DNA of 33,930 nucleotides from contig DAOULG010000183.1 in assembly GCA_034420495.1 (NCBI GenBank), positions 1 to 33,930 on the forward strand, written 5' to 3'. This DNA comes from Dehalococcoidia bacterium. GTDB lineage: Bacteria > Chloroflexota > Dehalococcoidia > UBA2979. Of the stretch, positions 33,052-33,930 are shown in pieces (position 1 is the stretch's first letter; each line of letters starts with the position of its first letter). The notes below the pieces were generated by a model, which saw nothing but the letters and a program-made list of their open reading frames with translations, made no database searches and was not told the DNA's origin. A program made the translations under genes and the position numbers.

Positions 33052-33930
33052 CTACTGGTAGATGACGAGGGCGGGCGGGGAGTCGAGGGCCTGCACCTCG
33101 TCCGGGGTCATGACCGGTTCGTCGTGGAGGAAGAAGAGCTTGAGGCCCGCGCGCTCCGCGTACGCGGAGAGGGCGTAGAGGCGGTAGTTGACGAGCTTGG
33201 CGCGGGGAGGGCCGAAGCCGTCCATGTCGACCACGACGTCGACCTCGGGATGATCGGCGTAGCCACCGGCTGCCCCGGGAAGCATGGAGTCGAGGAACTG
33301 GTGCAGCACCAGGACCTTCGGGGGGATCCCCTCCTCGCGCACGAGGCCCGCGAGGTAGGCCTGCACCCCGTCGACGGTCGCTGCGTCGATCTGCCCGATC
33401 ACGTCGCCGGGCCGTCCCATGCCGAGCGTGGCGAACTCGGGGTCGAGAGCCAGGTGCACGTGCGGCTCGCGGAGGAACTCGCCGAGCGCCCGGACCTCCG
33501 TCAGCGCCTCCGACCAGCCGATCTGGAGGTCGAGGAAGATGAGCTGCCCGCGCTCCTCGGCGAGCCGGATCCACGCGAGCACGCGATCCTTCGGCAGCCG
33601 CCGGAGGTGGAGGCCGTCCGGGCCGGGCTGGGAGGTGGCGACGCCCGCGATCCGGTGCAGCGCCGGGATCACGTCGCGGACGCCGCTGAGCTCGTCGTAG
33701 GAGGCCGCCAGCGCGGCGACTCCGTCGGCCGCATCCTCGGGCGCGCCGGCTCCCAGGATCCCCATCGCCGGGATGTCCGGGTAGCCGTAGTACGAGACGA
33801 TCTGCGCGCCGTCGAAGACCGAGGCGGCCGCGTCGCCGGTCCCCGGGGAGGTCCGCGGCGCGGCCGGCGCGGCCGGCGCGGGGGGTGTGGCCGGCGCGGC
33901 CGGCGCGGGGGGTGTGGCCGGCGCGGGGGG
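33052..33930 (-). CDS. hypothetical, probably exported protein with an N-proximal Pro/Ala repeat linker; 5' end outside the window
   Basis: Track ORF 33052..33765 starts at an internal Met. The same frame stays open to the window edge and reads ...PPAPATPPAPAAPATPPAPAAPAAPRTSPGTGDAAASVFDGAQIVSYYGYPDIPAMGILG.... GC3 is high. I cannot name the family of the globular domain with confidence. Confidence 0.6.
   Translation of the reverse strand, partial: PPAPATPPAPAAPATPPAPAAPAAPRTSPGTGDAAASVFDGAQIVSYYGYPDIPAMGILGAGAPEDAADGVAALAASYDELSGVRDVIPALHRIAGVATSQPGPDGLHLRRLPKDRVLAWIRLAEERGQLIFLDLQIGWSEALTEVRALGEFLREPHVHLALDPEFATLGMGRPGDVIGQIDAATVDGVQAYLAGLVREEGIPPKVLVLHQFLDSMLPGAAGGYADHPEVDVVVDMDGFGPPRAKLVNYRLYALSAYAERAGLKLFFLHDEPVMTPDEVQALDSPPALVIYQ
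33862..33930. repeat. 27-nt tandem repeat (GGCCGGCGC GGCCGGCGC GGGGGGTGT) of about 2.5 copies, cut by the window edge
   Basis: Two exact 27-nt copies occupy 33862-33888 and 33889-33915, with a partial third. Each unit is built from 9-nt subunits and encodes the TPPAPAAPA-type linker of the minus-strand CDS. Confidence 0.85.

Noticed and set aside
33862-33930. Possible CRISPR array or non-coding satellite at the window edge.
   Set aside because: The units are directly tandem with no spacers, are multiples of 3 (27 nt built from 9-nt subunits), and stay in frame with the adjacent CDS as a Pro/Ala linker.
1-33930. Searched for mobile elements, integrases, toxin-antitoxin pairs, restriction-modification or other defence genes, and prophage remnants.
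   Set aside because: No ORF shows transposase, integrase, nuclease or methylase motifs, and I noticed no terminal inverted repeats or flanking direct repeats. The only compositional anomaly is the 100-nt AT-rich promoter region at 23481-23580.

Overview
The window is very GC-rich (roughly 70-75% by eye; GC3 near saturation in real genes) and looks bacterial. Gene content and the frequent GTG starts suggest a deep-branching high-GC Gram-positive lineage such as Rubrobacteria or Thermoleophilia, but that is a low-confidence inference. Bases 1-19.5 kb are housekeeping. After a divergent beta-propeller/M50-protease pair, about 20 co-directional plus-strand genes form an aromatic amino-acid array joined by many 4-nt GTGA start/stop overlaps: HD protein, tyrA, aroA, remA, gmk, a structured leader, trpE, a degenerate-Nudix/DinB fusion, trpG, trpD, trpC, trpF, trpB, a CPBP intramembrane protease, trpA, an AroH chorismate mutase, a regulatory-domain DAHP synthase, scpA, ribF, tyrS. 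Bases 19.5-33.9 kb are more accessory. They hold an EF-G paralog, an unannotated 55-aa Cys-rich ORF, two paralogous acyl-CoA dehydrogenases, and an orphan iron-type binding lipoprotein behind a ~43% GC palindrome-rich spacer. They also hold a YfcH-like SDR, a GNAT-cupin-SBP5-SBP5 operon whose two family-5 binding proteins have no signal peptide or transporter partner, a GYD protein, a PrpD/MmgE protein, and a truncated Pro/Ala-repeat protein. I found no rRNA, tRNA, CRISPR array, transposase, integrase or recognisable defence system. The points most worth follow-up are the two foreign genes embedded in the trp operon, the trpE leader (which fits no known trp attenuation mechanism), the signal-less SBP5 pair, and the small Cys-rich ORF. 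All are hypotheses from reading the sequence; no database search was possible. Many long ORFs in the track are GC-driven artefacts and were rejected.
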